DNA of 64,000 bases, taken from NCBI GenBank assembly GCA_002070375.1, contig MWDD01000007.1:12985-76984 (forward strand), in the 5' to 3' direction. Positions 36,821 to 45,296 of the stretch are shown here, piece after piece. Every line of letters starts with the position of its first letter. Position 1 is the first letter of the stretch. The DNA is from a bacterium ADurb.Bin157 (lineage in GTDB: Bacteria > Muiribacteriota > Ozemobacteria > Ozemobacterales > Ozemobacteraceae). Position numbers and translations under genes: made by a program. Under the pieces are notes generated by a model. The model was given only the letters and a program-made list of their open reading frames with translations, was not told where the DNA came from and did not search any database.

Positions 36821-37810
36821 ATGAAAGTAACATTAGAACAAATCGAATCGTTTCAGTTGTTTAGTAAACTTTCTAAAACAGAACTGGAAGAATTGATGCC
36901 CATGTTTGAAACAGTAACTTTTAAAGCAGGCGACAGGGTTTTCAAAGAGTGCGAAGAAGGCGATTCTATGTATCTTATACTTAGCGGGAGCGTAGATATA
37001 AGAAAATGTATCGATTTTGAATGTGGCACAGAAAAATCATTGGCAACTTTGCCAAAAGGGGACTTTTTTGGCGAAATGTCTTTGTTGACAGGCGAAAGCA
37101 GGTCTGCATCTGTTTTGGTTTTAGAAGACGCTTTGTTGCTTAAAATTTTGAGAGACAAATATATTGACCTGATGACTAAGAATCCTAGCATGACTTCGCT
37201 TCTTCTAGGCGGTTTGGTTAGCTCTATCTCAAAGCGATTAAGAGCAACAAGCCTCGAATCGGTGACCCTTTATGAAACCGGCAGAATTATCAGTAATACA
37301 AAAAATGTAAAAGATTTGTCCGCTAAAATTTTAGACAGACTTATTAAGTCAACCGGTGCAGAAGCCGGCGTTATTCTTTTTTGGAATGAAATTGTAGAAT
37401 GTTTCGAGATAGAAACCATACTAGGGAATAAAAATGAAACATTGGCTACGGCTTTTAATGGACACAGTAAGTTTTCAGAGTTTTTGCTTGGACTTAAAGA
37501 CCCCTTTGTTACCGATGAAAATCACAAGTTTGTCGAAATTAAAGAAACCGGATTAGACTGCAAAGGAATGGTTTATGTACCGTTACTTACCGATTTGCTA
37601 GACTTAAATGACCCGTATAAATATGTTAAAAAAGTAACCGGAGTTATAATTTTGGGCCACTCAAACCTAAATCATTTTACCCTTTCGAACTTAACTTTGA
37701 TGAAAGGTGTGGCAGAGCAGGTTGCTCAAGCTTTGCTTAATGCGAAGTTATTGCAGGAGAATGAGTCTAGACGAGCCTATGAACAGGTGTATGTAACTCC
37801 CGGGTTTTAA
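36821..37810 (+). CDS. cyclic-nucleotide-binding (CAP_ED) domain protein with GAF-like C-terminal domain
   Basis: FKAGDRVFKECEEGDSMYLILSGSV...FFGEMSLLTGESRSASV is a cNMP phosphate-binding cassette. It lies 14 nt downstream of pilT. Confidence 0.8.
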   Translation: MKVTLEQIESFQLFSKLSKTELEELMPMFETVTFKAGDRVFKECEEGDSMYLILSGSVDIRKCIDFECGTEKSLATLPKGDFFGEMSLLTGESRSASVLVLEDALLLKILRDKYIDLMTKNPSMTSLLLGGLVSSISKRLRATSLESVTLYETGRIISNTKNVKDLSAKILDRLIKSTGAEAGVILFWNEIVECFEIETILGNKNETLATAFNGHSKFSEFLLGLKDPFVTDENHKFVEIKETGLDCKGMVYVPLLTDLLDLNDPYKYVKKVTGVIILGHSNLNHFTLSNLTLMKGVAEQVAQALLNAKLLQENESRRAYEQVYVTPGF

Positions 37811-37828
37811 AATAGTTCGTTCGAAAAA

Positions 37829-37854
37829 AGCTATAATTGTAATAAATTATAGCT
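37829..37854. terminator. bidirectional intrinsic terminator between convergent genes
   Basis: Perfect 10-bp palindrome agctataatt-gtaata-aattatagct, flanked by A6 and T6. Confidence 0.75.
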
Positions 37855-37857
37855 TTT

Positions 37858-38700
37858 TTAGTTGTTATAATTAGTTTTATACTTGCCTTCAAGCCAATAA
37901 GCTTCTTTTTCAAGGGGTATTTCAAAAGATTTGTCCTTGTGTCTGATGTCGGCCCAAGCACATTGCAGACCCCAATTGGCAGTCCAGCCGGTGTCATCAA
38001 ACCACAAATCACCGATTCTTTCTCTGAATCTTGGTATGACGTTGCTGAGTTTTAACGGAGACATCATGTCTCTGCGATATTGAAATGTATGAGTTAATTC
38101 GTGTCCTGCGTGTTCACCGTCGGAATTGGTGGTAATTATATTCGCGTTACTGTATGCAAGAGCACTTGAGCCCAATAAAGTCCCGTCTTTGTTGCATTTC
38201 TTTTCGAAAGCAAAGGTGCCGTATTTGAAACTTCGTTTAAAGTCTATTCTGGAGCCTTCAATAAAATGTGATAAAACAACTACCGTAGAGTTCAATCCCA
38301 ATTGATATTTGACTTTGTTATCTTTAAAGGTTAACCAAACCGGCCCCATATCCATTCTGAAGACCGTGTCTTTGCTTCCTGCGCACTCTGCCAGAGAAGA
38401 GCCTATATTAAAAATTATTTTATTGCGCCAAGCGTATCCGCTAGATTTGTTTTCGGCATTCGCAATTCCTTTAAGACCTTCTTGCATCATGAATCCCCCG
38501 AATGCGCCCTGAAAAAAAGCTCTTGGAATTGGGGTTCCCTCATAATAAGCTTTTATTGCACCTAATACTGCGGGAATAGCCATGTTGGTAATGTAAAAAT
38601 TCTTCTCGCTGTAAGCATAAGTACACTTTGCAAATCTTAGAAAAAGAAAAGCAATAATTATCAAACAAGAGAAAAACATTGTTGATTTTTTGGCGACCAT
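37858..38700 (-). CDS. membrane-anchored/secreted hypothetical protein with HExxH motif (putative zinc metallopeptidase)
   Basis: N-terminal hydrophobic anchor MFFSCLIIIAFLFL. The GHELTHTFQY motif is the only catalytic hint. Confidence 0.5.
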   Translation of the reverse strand: MVAKKSTMFFSCLIIIAFLFLRFAKCTYAYSEKNFYITNMAIPAVLGAIKAYYEGTPIPRAFFQGAFGGFMMQEGLKGIANAENKSSGYAWRNKIIFNIGSSLAECAGSKDTVFRMDMGPVWLTFKDNKVKYQLGLNSTVVVLSHFIEGSRIDFKRSFKYGTFAFEKKCNKDGTLLGSSALAYSNANIITTNSDGEHAGHELTHTFQYRRDMMSPLKLSNVIPRFRERIGDLWFDDTGWTANWGLQCAWADIRHKDKSFEIPLEKEAYWLEGKYKTNYNN

Positions 38701-38817
38701 AGGATTAAGCTACTCAAAAATACCATTTAATCAAGTTGTTTTTGGTTGTGTTTTTAGGGGAAAAAGCATACACTTGTCTGAAAGCAATTTAGCAAAATAA
38801 TAGGTTTAGAAGAAAAA

Positions 38818-39516
38818 ATGACACAACAATTAAAAGCAATCAAAGAAATATTCAGCAATTTATTCGGCGCATTAATGGCCTTTGCATTAGAACAAGAATT
38901 TTTGCAAGATTTAGGCGAATCTTTAGAAGTGTTTTATAATCTCAAAGAAGGCGAAGAATACGAGTTTAGGCCGACTGAAGAGTTTTTATTCCTAACTTGG
39001 TTTTTGGTTGACGACACCACACCCGATGGTTTTTGCCTAATGGATGAGTTTCTAAAACGCCATTCTGACAATCTTTCATTGACAGAAACGCAAGTTTGTA
39101 AAGCTTTGAAAGAAACTCATTTAAGTCTTTTTCAGGTTAAAAAAGTTGTAAACAACGTTTCGATGAGCCTGAGAGATGTTTTCACCGGTGAATCATTTGA
39201 TGTTGCTGAGTCAACAGGGGCGGAAGATGTTGCAGAAGATACTCTTTTGTTTTCCAGAATCTTAAGATTGGGCGAAGAGAGGTTTTTGGTCGGTGCCGGC
39301 ATATTTATGGACCCCTCTGTTACAGAGCCTATTACTGCTTTTATCACAGAACAATATCGCGAATGCTGTGAAGAAGGTTATACAAAAAGCTTTAAAGATT
39401 TTCTCAAAGAAAACGGAGAGCTTATTAATTGGTGGATTCGCTCATTTGACAAGGGTGAATTAACTGAAGACGAAAACGAAGACGAGGACGAAGATAAGCC
39501 GGATAACAAATCATAA
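38818..39516 (+). CDS. hypothetical cytoplasmic protein with acidic tail
   Basis: 232 aa, C-terminal TEDENEDEDEDKPDNKS. No family recognised. Confidence 0.6.
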   Translation: MTQQLKAIKEIFSNLFGALMAFALEQEFLQDLGESLEVFYNLKEGEEYEFRPTEEFLFLTWFLVDDTTPDGFCLMDEFLKRHSDNLSLTETQVCKALKETHLSLFQVKKVVNNVSMSLRDVFTGESFDVAESTGAEDVAEDTLLFSRILRLGEERFLVGAGIFMDPSVTEPITAFITEQYRECCEEGYTKSFKDFLKENGELINWWIRSFDKGELTEDENEDEDEDKPDNKS

Positions 39517-39527
39517 GAGGATAGCCG

Positions 39528-42389
39528 ATGCCTAAGAATACCGACTCTAATGTTCATAAAGAGATTGAAGATTTAGTTACGGATTTACGTTCTACTCTTG
39601 TTACAAAGCGACTTAAAGCAGTTAAAGAATTAGGAAAACTTAAAACCGACTTGGCGGTTGAGCCGTTGGTTTATACATTGAACGATCGTTCAAAAGAGGT
39701 TCGGTGTGCGGCTGTTGAGGCCATTGGTTTAATAAACCCCGCCAATTTGGCAGATTTAATTGTTTATTTAGCCAAAGATAAATCTGCCGATGTTCGTTTG
39801 CGGGTGGCTCACGCTTTAGGTTCAAATACAACAGATTTGTCGGTTGATACTCTGATGATTTTGGTCAGAGATCAAAAAGACGAAGTTGCTAATATGGCTG
39901 CAAAAAGCTTGTCAAAGAACCCGACAGGCAGCTTGGCTTTATTGATAAGGCTTTTTGCCGATAATTCTTGGAAGTTGCGTTCAAGGGCTGCTGCCGCTGT
40001 TACGAGAATGGGCAAAGTCGCTACAGAAGCTTTGAAAGTTGCACTTGAAGACAGCGATTCAAATATTCGTTTTTGGGCGATAACCTGCCTGGGTCATCTT
40101 CGTGACAGATCTAACAGCAAGCTTTTGGTAACAGGATTAAACGATAAAGACCCCGGAGTAAGAATAGCTGCTCTCAGGGCTTTACGAGAACTTGGCGACC
40201 CAAATATCGCATCTATGTTGTTTGAAGCTCTTTCTCAACCGTCAGATCGCGTCAGAGACCTTGTTTATGAGATTTTAAAAGATTTTGGCACACATTCGAT
40301 CCCCTATTTAATGGATTCGCTGTCTAATGAGTTTTGGATGGGGCGTTCGTTAGCGGCCCAAGCCTTAACCGACATGGGTGCTGATGCGGTTGCCCCTTTA
40401 GTAAGCGCCTTAGAAAGCCAAGACAAAGAAAGACGATATTGGGCAATAAAAATACTCGGAAAAATGCGGGAAAAAACGGCTTATGCCGCGATAAAAAAGT
40501 TTCTCAGCGACCCTGACCCCGAAATAAGAATGGCGGCCCTCGAATCTATGGGCTATTATCTTGATACCGAGTCTATACCAAACCTTATAGAGCGGTTTAT
40601 GGACCCCGCTTGGGTTGTTAGAAAGCACGCGGCAAGGGCTGTTACCGCATTTGCTCATAAGGCGGTTCCGTTTTTGATAAAGTCGCTCAAATCAGAAGAA
40701 GAAGATGTCAGATATTGGGCTTTGCGTTCTCTTGGGGATCTTAAGCCAATAGGAATTTTTCCGGTATTGGTTAAGCTTTTTACAGACCGTTCATGGACAA
40801 TAAGAAAAACTACTTCTGATGTTTTATCTGAATACGGGGAAGACGCTTTGATGGAGTTAACGGCTTTGGCGGCAGATTCAATTGAGTCGGAAACCAAATA
40901 TTGGGTTTTGCGTTCACTCGGAAAAATTAAATCAAAGATATCTTTGCCGTTGCTGTTCAGGGCACTTGACGATGAATCAGAATCTATTATGGATGCTGCT
41001 CAGAAAGCTTTGTCAAATTATGGTGAAGAAATAATAGACGATCTGTTTGCTTTGTTTAAAAGTGAAAAACGCAGATTATTAGAGAGTGTGTGCAATACTT
41101 TTCAGCGTATGGACGCAAAGATCGTTGTTCCGAAGTTGTGCCGTAATCTCGGAAAATTTGATGAGCAAATAAGCTATTGGATACGCAGAACTCTTTGCGG
41201 GTTTAAAAAAGACTCGCGCGAAGAGATTTTAAAGCTATTGCAAAGCAAATCTGAAGAAATTAGGCGCCAGGCTGTTATATGCTTAGGACAATTTGGCTTT
41301 GAAGAAGACGCTAAACACGTTTTGCCTTTGTTAAAAGATGAATCATGGCCGACGAGAATCGCGGCAGCAGAGGCTTTGGGTGAATTGGGCGACCCCATTT
41401 CTGTTTCCCATTTAACAGAATCATTAGAAGACGAAGACGAAGATTTGGCCATGGCTTCCATGATTTCGCTTGGTAAAATAGGCGATGAACGGGCTGTTCC
41501 CGGTCTTATATCAACTCTTCACCACGAATCTTGGGCATTAAAGTTTCAGGCAATCAGAATATTAGGTGAAATGCGAGTAAACAGGGCCTTTATAGATCTT
41601 TTAAGATTACTGGACGAAGACACATTAGATCTTAAAACCCATATTATAGGAGCTTTATCGCGTATTTCTCACGCAAAATGCTATGATGAATTAAAGAAAA
41701 GGTTTGAAAAAGAGAAAGATTCAGAAGTCAAAATGGCTTACATTGAAGCTTTTGCAGAAATCGGAAACAAAGACATTCTTTCTTTGATTGTTAAACTGGC
41801 GAGAGAAGGCAACGAAAACCGCGAAGAGCGGCGCGCAGCAATTAGAGCATTAGGTAAAATGCACGCTATTGAAGGAAAAAATGTTTTGTTGGCGGCCTTG
41901 CGCGAAAAAGACGCGGTAATAAACAGAGAGGCGCTTTCTGCGTTAGAGCTTATTCTTGATCGCGACGAGTTTAACAGAACAGAAAAAGCGATTACTGAGG
42001 CAAGAAAAAAGCAAGAGGCTTTTACTGTGGCGTTTAATACGGGAATGAGCAATATGCGCACAAACAATTACACAGAAGCGGAAAAGCATTTAAAAGAGGC
42101 TGTTAAAATTAATCCTAGAGCGTCTTATGTGTATTCGGCTCTGGGAAATCTTTATTACAAAACAGGACGCTTGATAGATTCGACAAAAGCTTATGTTATG
42201 GCAACCGGCTTATCCCCGCAAGATGTGACTTTGAAATTGAATCTGGGAATGGTGTATTATCGAAGAAGAGCTTATAAAGAAGCTGTCGGCATGTTTGAGT
42301 CTGTTTTGTCGGTAGCAGGGCCGAAGTCGCAGCAGGGCGATTATTCTGCAAAAATGATAAATAAAATCAAAAGTGAAATTAAAAAATAA
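39528..42389 (+). CDS. giant HEAT-repeat (PBS-lyase HEAT-like) protein with C-terminal TPR repeats
   Basis: 953 aa. It has about 20 iterations of the pattern ...VR..A..ALG..GD..A...L...L.D....VR. The final ~120 aa are TPR-like (YTEAEKHLKEAVKINP...). Confidence 0.85.
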   Translation: MPKNTDSNVHKEIEDLVTDLRSTLVTKRLKAVKELGKLKTDLAVEPLVYTLNDRSKEVRCAAVEAIGLINPANLADLIVYLAKDKSADVRLRVAHALGSNTTDLSVDTLMILVRDQKDEVANMAAKSLSKNPTGSLALLIRLFADNSWKLRSRAAAAVTRMGKVATEALKVALEDSDSNIRFWAITCLGHLRDRSNSKLLVTGLNDKDPGVRIAALRALRELGDPNIASMLFEALSQPSDRVRDLVYEILKDFGTHSIPYLMDSLSNEFWMGRSLAAQALTDMGADAVAPLVSALESQDKERRYWAIKILGKMREKTAYAAIKKFLSDPDPEIRMAALESMGYYLDTESIPNLIERFMDPAWVVRKHAARAVTAFAHKAVPFLIKSLKSEEEDVRYWALRSLGDLKPIGIFPVLVKLFTDRSWTIRKTTSDVLSEYGEDALMELTALAADSIESETKYWVLRSLGKIKSKISLPLLFRALDDESESIMDAAQKALSNYGEEIIDDLFALFKSEKRRLLESVCNTFQRMDAKIVVPKLCRNLGKFDEQISYWIRRTLCGFKKDSREEILKLLQSKSEEIRRQAVICLGQFGFEEDAKHVLPLLKDESWPTRIAAAEALGELGDPISVSHLTESLEDEDEDLAMASMISLGKIGDERAVPGLISTLHHESWALKFQAIRILGEMRVNRAFIDLLRLLDEDTLDLKTHIIGALSRISHAKCYDELKKRFEKEKDSEVKMAYIEAFAEIGNKDILSLIVKLAREGNENREERRAAIRALGKMHAIEGKNVLLAALREKDAVINREALSALELILDRDEFNRTEKAITEARKKQEAFTVAFNTGMSNMRTNNYTEAEKHLKEAVKINPRASYVYSALGNLYYKTGRLIDSTKAYVMATGLSPQDVTLKLNLGMVYYRRRAYKEAVGMFESVLSVAGPKSQQGDYSAKMINKIKSEIKK

Positions 42390-42406
42390 AATAATTTTAA
42401 AATAGC

Positions 42407-42436
42407 TTGACTTTTTAAATGCTATTGTGATAGGAT
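42407..42436 (+). promoter_or_regulatory. sigma70-like extended -10 promoter driving the large noncoding locus
   Basis: TTGACT (42407-42412), an 18-nt spacer, then TGaTAGGAT (-10 at 42431-42436). The architecture matches the tRNA-Leu promoter in this window (TTGAAT-18-TGgTATAAT). Confidence 0.5.
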
Positions 42437-42442
42437 GAATCT

Positions 42443-43543
42443 GTTAAGCGAGATCATTGAAAATTAAATCGACAGCCAAAAGTGTCTACTTCTGAACTCA
42501 GGTAGAAACCGGACGGTTATCCAAAGATGAGTGGTGTTACCCGGTGACGGGCAAACAACTCTGAGGAGAAAAAAATAATCCAGGGTAGCGCGGGATCGAA
42601 GAAGAAGTGACAACCAAGGCACAAATTCCATAGGGGGAGGCTCTCCGAGTAATCGGAAACGCCAACTTTTGTAGCAGTAAGACTCTAAGAGGGTAGAAAC
42701 CCTGAAAGAGGAAGTGCGTAAGCACAGGGCGACAGAAGCCTGATACCCCAAAGGACAGAAGGTCAAGAGAGTTATGTTTCGTTTTTGAAGGAGTGAAATC
42801 TGACAAAATACGATCTGCTCTGCACCATGGGATAAAAGCTCCATGGCTGGCCAAATCTCAAAACGGGAACCGGCTGCTTGCAGCGAGGGGCTTGGGTAAG
42901 TTATAGTCGCAACAGATGTAAGTCTGGCGGTTGAGCGGAGGGATCCGCAAATGAGTCCAAGAAGAAATCCGTATAGAGATGGTAACAGCGAAGAAGCAAG
43001 GCAATCAGAAACGATTCGCCGATCATTGCAGTGTTAAACTCTGAAGACCCTGACCCCGCGAGTGCTTGCAGGATGGAATAAGCCTGCGAATCATCTGGGA
43101 TGTAAGTTCTGCTGAAAGGTTGAGAAAACCTATGAGCGGAGTGCGACAGGGCCGGAATCCTGTTTGTCGCAGCCCTTTGATTATAGCGCTGAAGGGGAAA
43201 AAACCTAGAGAGGCGTTGGTGTATCGCAACCAATGAAGATGTGTGAAAGAGCCTTGAAGTCGAACATAAGTTTGAAAGAGGACAGAAAAACTTGATTAAC
43301 CTCAGTTCGGTGATTGTATGAGGGCCTTAAGGACGACGAACGTTTAAAGGCTTTACGTAACCAAATGCGCGTAATAGTGCAATCATGTTAAAACTCTATG
43401 AAAAGTGTAACGACAAGAAGGTGTAGGCGATACCGGTGACGGTATTGACGAACCGCATATCGAAAGTCTCTGAGAAGGCACGTCGATTTCAATGAAACCT
43501 AGCTTAATAAAAAGACCTCTGAGTAATCAGGGGTCTTTTTTTT
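42443..43543 (+). ncRNA. candidate large (~1.1 kb) structured noncoding RNA, family unrecognised
   Basis: No plus-strand ORF of 60 aa or more across 1.3 kb, and the minus-strand ORFs are overlapping and non-protein-like. It is bounded by a promoter and a strong terminator. Hand-counted lines give about 50-55% GC against about 37% for a flanking coding line. At least six internal GNRA-capped hairpins lie on the plus strand (coordinates in findings). A possible 5'/3' closing helix pairs 42466-42473 with 43482-43489. Confidence 0.6.
43514..43543 (+). terminator. intrinsic terminator ending the noncoding locus
   Basis: gacctctga-GTAA-tcaggggtc (9 bp including one G-U, GNRA loop) followed by T8. 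Confidence 0.85.
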
Positions 43544-43726
43544 GCTAAATTTTTGTACATTGCTGCTCAATTTTTAGCAAATACAATTTTTTTGCATTGC
43601 GATGATTGTGGTGAAACCCTCTTTATTTCGGGTTTTCGTGAAATTTTTAAAGTTGGCACAAAAAATGCTTTGACTTAGACATCCGATATGTCGATAAGAT
43701 TATAAGTTTTATTAGGAGTAATTAAA

Positions 43727-44107
43727 ATGCGTAAAGTAATTCTTGTTTCTGCCCTTTCTCTTGTTTTGAGCGCTGCCCCTTTGTTTGCCGGTCCTTCTAA
43801 CAGCCAATCTTCACAGACTTCACAGCAGTCTTCTCAATGTTCACAGCAATCTGGTAATTGTTGCCAAAAACCCGGAGCTTTCTCTAAAATAAAAGATTCT
43901 TTCAAAAAGGGTTTTCAGGCAGGCAAAAAAGTTGGAACAAAAGCTCATGACAGCATTCAGAACAAAGTTATGGACGGCGGAGTTTGTGTAAAAGAAAAAC
44001 TTACCGGGAATAAAGACAAAACTTTTGTTAAAGGTTACTATACAAAAGATGGTAAGCATGTAAAAGGCCATTGGAGAAACTTAGAAACCAAAAAAGGCAA
44101 AAGATAA
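43727..44107 (+). CDS. small secreted basic protein
   Basis: Signal peptide MRKVILVSALSLVLSAAPLFAG, a Q/S-rich segment with a Cys cluster (QCSQQSGNCCQKPG), and a basic C-terminus GYYTKDGKHVKGHWRN. Confidence 0.6.
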   Translation: MRKVILVSALSLVLSAAPLFAGPSNSQSSQTSQQSSQCSQQSGNCCQKPGAFSKIKDSFKKGFQAGKKVGTKAHDSIQNKVMDGGVCVKEKLTGNKDKTFVKGYYTKDGKHVKGHWRNLETKKGKR

Positions 44108-44131
44108 TTTCTTAAAACAAGAATAATTATA

Positions 44132-44169
44132 AAAGAACGGTGCAGAAATAGATACTGCACCGTTCTTTT
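44132..44169 (+). terminator. intrinsic terminator
   Basis: Perfect 12-bp stem agaacggtgcag / ctgcaccgttct followed by a T-run. Confidence 0.85.
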
Positions 44170-44230
44170 ATGTCAAAACATAAACTTTTGGTTAAACTTT
44201 TAAAGCTTATTTCCGATAGCGGGTACTGCT

Positions 44231-45217
44231 ATGAATATACTAAAATTACGCTTGTTTTTTATATTGTTCGCAGTCTGTTTTATTTTACCCGCGTATGGAA
44301 TGGCAGATACGCTTGTTTCAGACGCTATTTCTTTATTTCCGAATGAGGAACCTTATACCGCAGAAAAAACAGAGCCGGAATATACCGAGACTTTTTTAAA
44401 TTATAACGGGGAGCATTTTGTACCCGCCCACTTGAAAGCCTTGCTAAGCAAAACAAACAGAATAGTATTAACATTTGACGATGGCCCTCACCCTAATGCA
44501 ACGCCGCATATTTTAAAAGTTTTGAAACAGTATAATGTGCGTGCTGTGTTTTTTGTTTTGGGGTTGCAAGTCGAAAAATATCCCGAGTTGGTAAAAATGA
44601 TTTATGACGACGGTCATATAATAGGAAATCATACCTACAGTCATAAGCGTTTACCGGATTTGTCAGAAGAAGAAATAAGAACCGAAATAAGAAGAACCGG
44701 TAACTTAGTAGCTTCTATAACCGGCAAAAAACCCACACTACTGAGACCTCCATACGGTATCGGGGTAAAAAACAGAACGCTGCAAAAAATAGCTGCGGAA
44801 GAAGGGCTAAAATTCTTTTTATGGACAGTTGATTCAAGAGATTGGAAAAATAAGAATTCAAAAGCCATATTGACTTCTGTGGAAAAACAGCTTGGAATAG
44901 GCAAGAAAAACAAAGTTGGCGGGGCTGTGCTTTTGCATGATATATATTCAACTACCGCAAACGCTATTGAATATATAATCAAAAGCGCATCTTCTTCGGA
45001 TTATGTTTTTATTGATCCTTATGAAATGAATCTTACAAACCAAGAACTTATGGCTTCTCGAATGAAAAATGAATACAGATCTTTCGATCCCGCTTTAAGT
45101 GGCAATGATCTTCTCGTTACAGTGCTGACAAAAGAAAAAAAGGAAATTAAAACCATCGATATAATAAGAGCTCATCGCCAAGGTAATTTAATGCTTTTTC
45201 TTGCTCTAAATAAATAA
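44231..45217 (+). CDS. polysaccharide deacetylase (NodB domain; peptidoglycan/chitooligosaccharide deacetylase-like)
   Basis: Signal peptide, then NodB motifs VLTFDDGPHPNATP, GNHTYSH and LLRPPYG. Confidence 0.85.
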   Translation: MNILKLRLFFILFAVCFILPAYGMADTLVSDAISLFPNEEPYTAEKTEPEYTETFLNYNGEHFVPAHLKALLSKTNRIVLTFDDGPHPNATPHILKVLKQYNVRAVFFVLGLQVEKYPELVKMIYDDGHIIGNHTYSHKRLPDLSEEEIRTEIRRTGNLVASITGKKPTLLRPPYGIGVKNRTLQKIAAEEGLKFFLWTVDSRDWKNKNSKAILTSVEKQLGIGKKNKVGGAVLLHDIYSTTANAIEYIIKSASSSDYVFIDPYEMNLTNQELMASRMKNEYRSFDPALSGNDLLVTVLTKEKKEIKTIDIIRAHRQGNLMLFLALNK

Positions 45218-45296
45218 CTCAGTCAGGGTATTTTCTTCTCTTGACAATGAGCAGATTCCGTTTTAATCTGTACAAAGAAACGTAACGGGAGGGCTT

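Noticed and set aside
42464-43233. Four minus-strand ORFs (126, 105, 110 and 68 aa) inside the long noncoding locus
   Set aside because: They overlap one another in different frames and have no RBS that I could see. Their L/S/R/P/C-rich, low-complexity-like sequences are typical of translating GC-rich structured RNA antisense. The GNRA-loop orientation, promoter and terminator all indicate a plus-strand RNA.
42443-43543. Identity of the RNA as RNase P RNA, tmRNA, SRP RNA, 6S RNA or an ORF-less group II intron
   Set aside because: I could not find GAGGAAAGUCC-like RNase P CR-I, a tmRNA tRNA-like 3' end or tag ORF, or the SRP GGAA/AGCA domain IV motif. I also found no domain V-like 34-nt hairpin with an AGC triad near the 3' end, although a GTGCG occurs at 42714. 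The length fits none of them. Only a covariance-model search can settle this.
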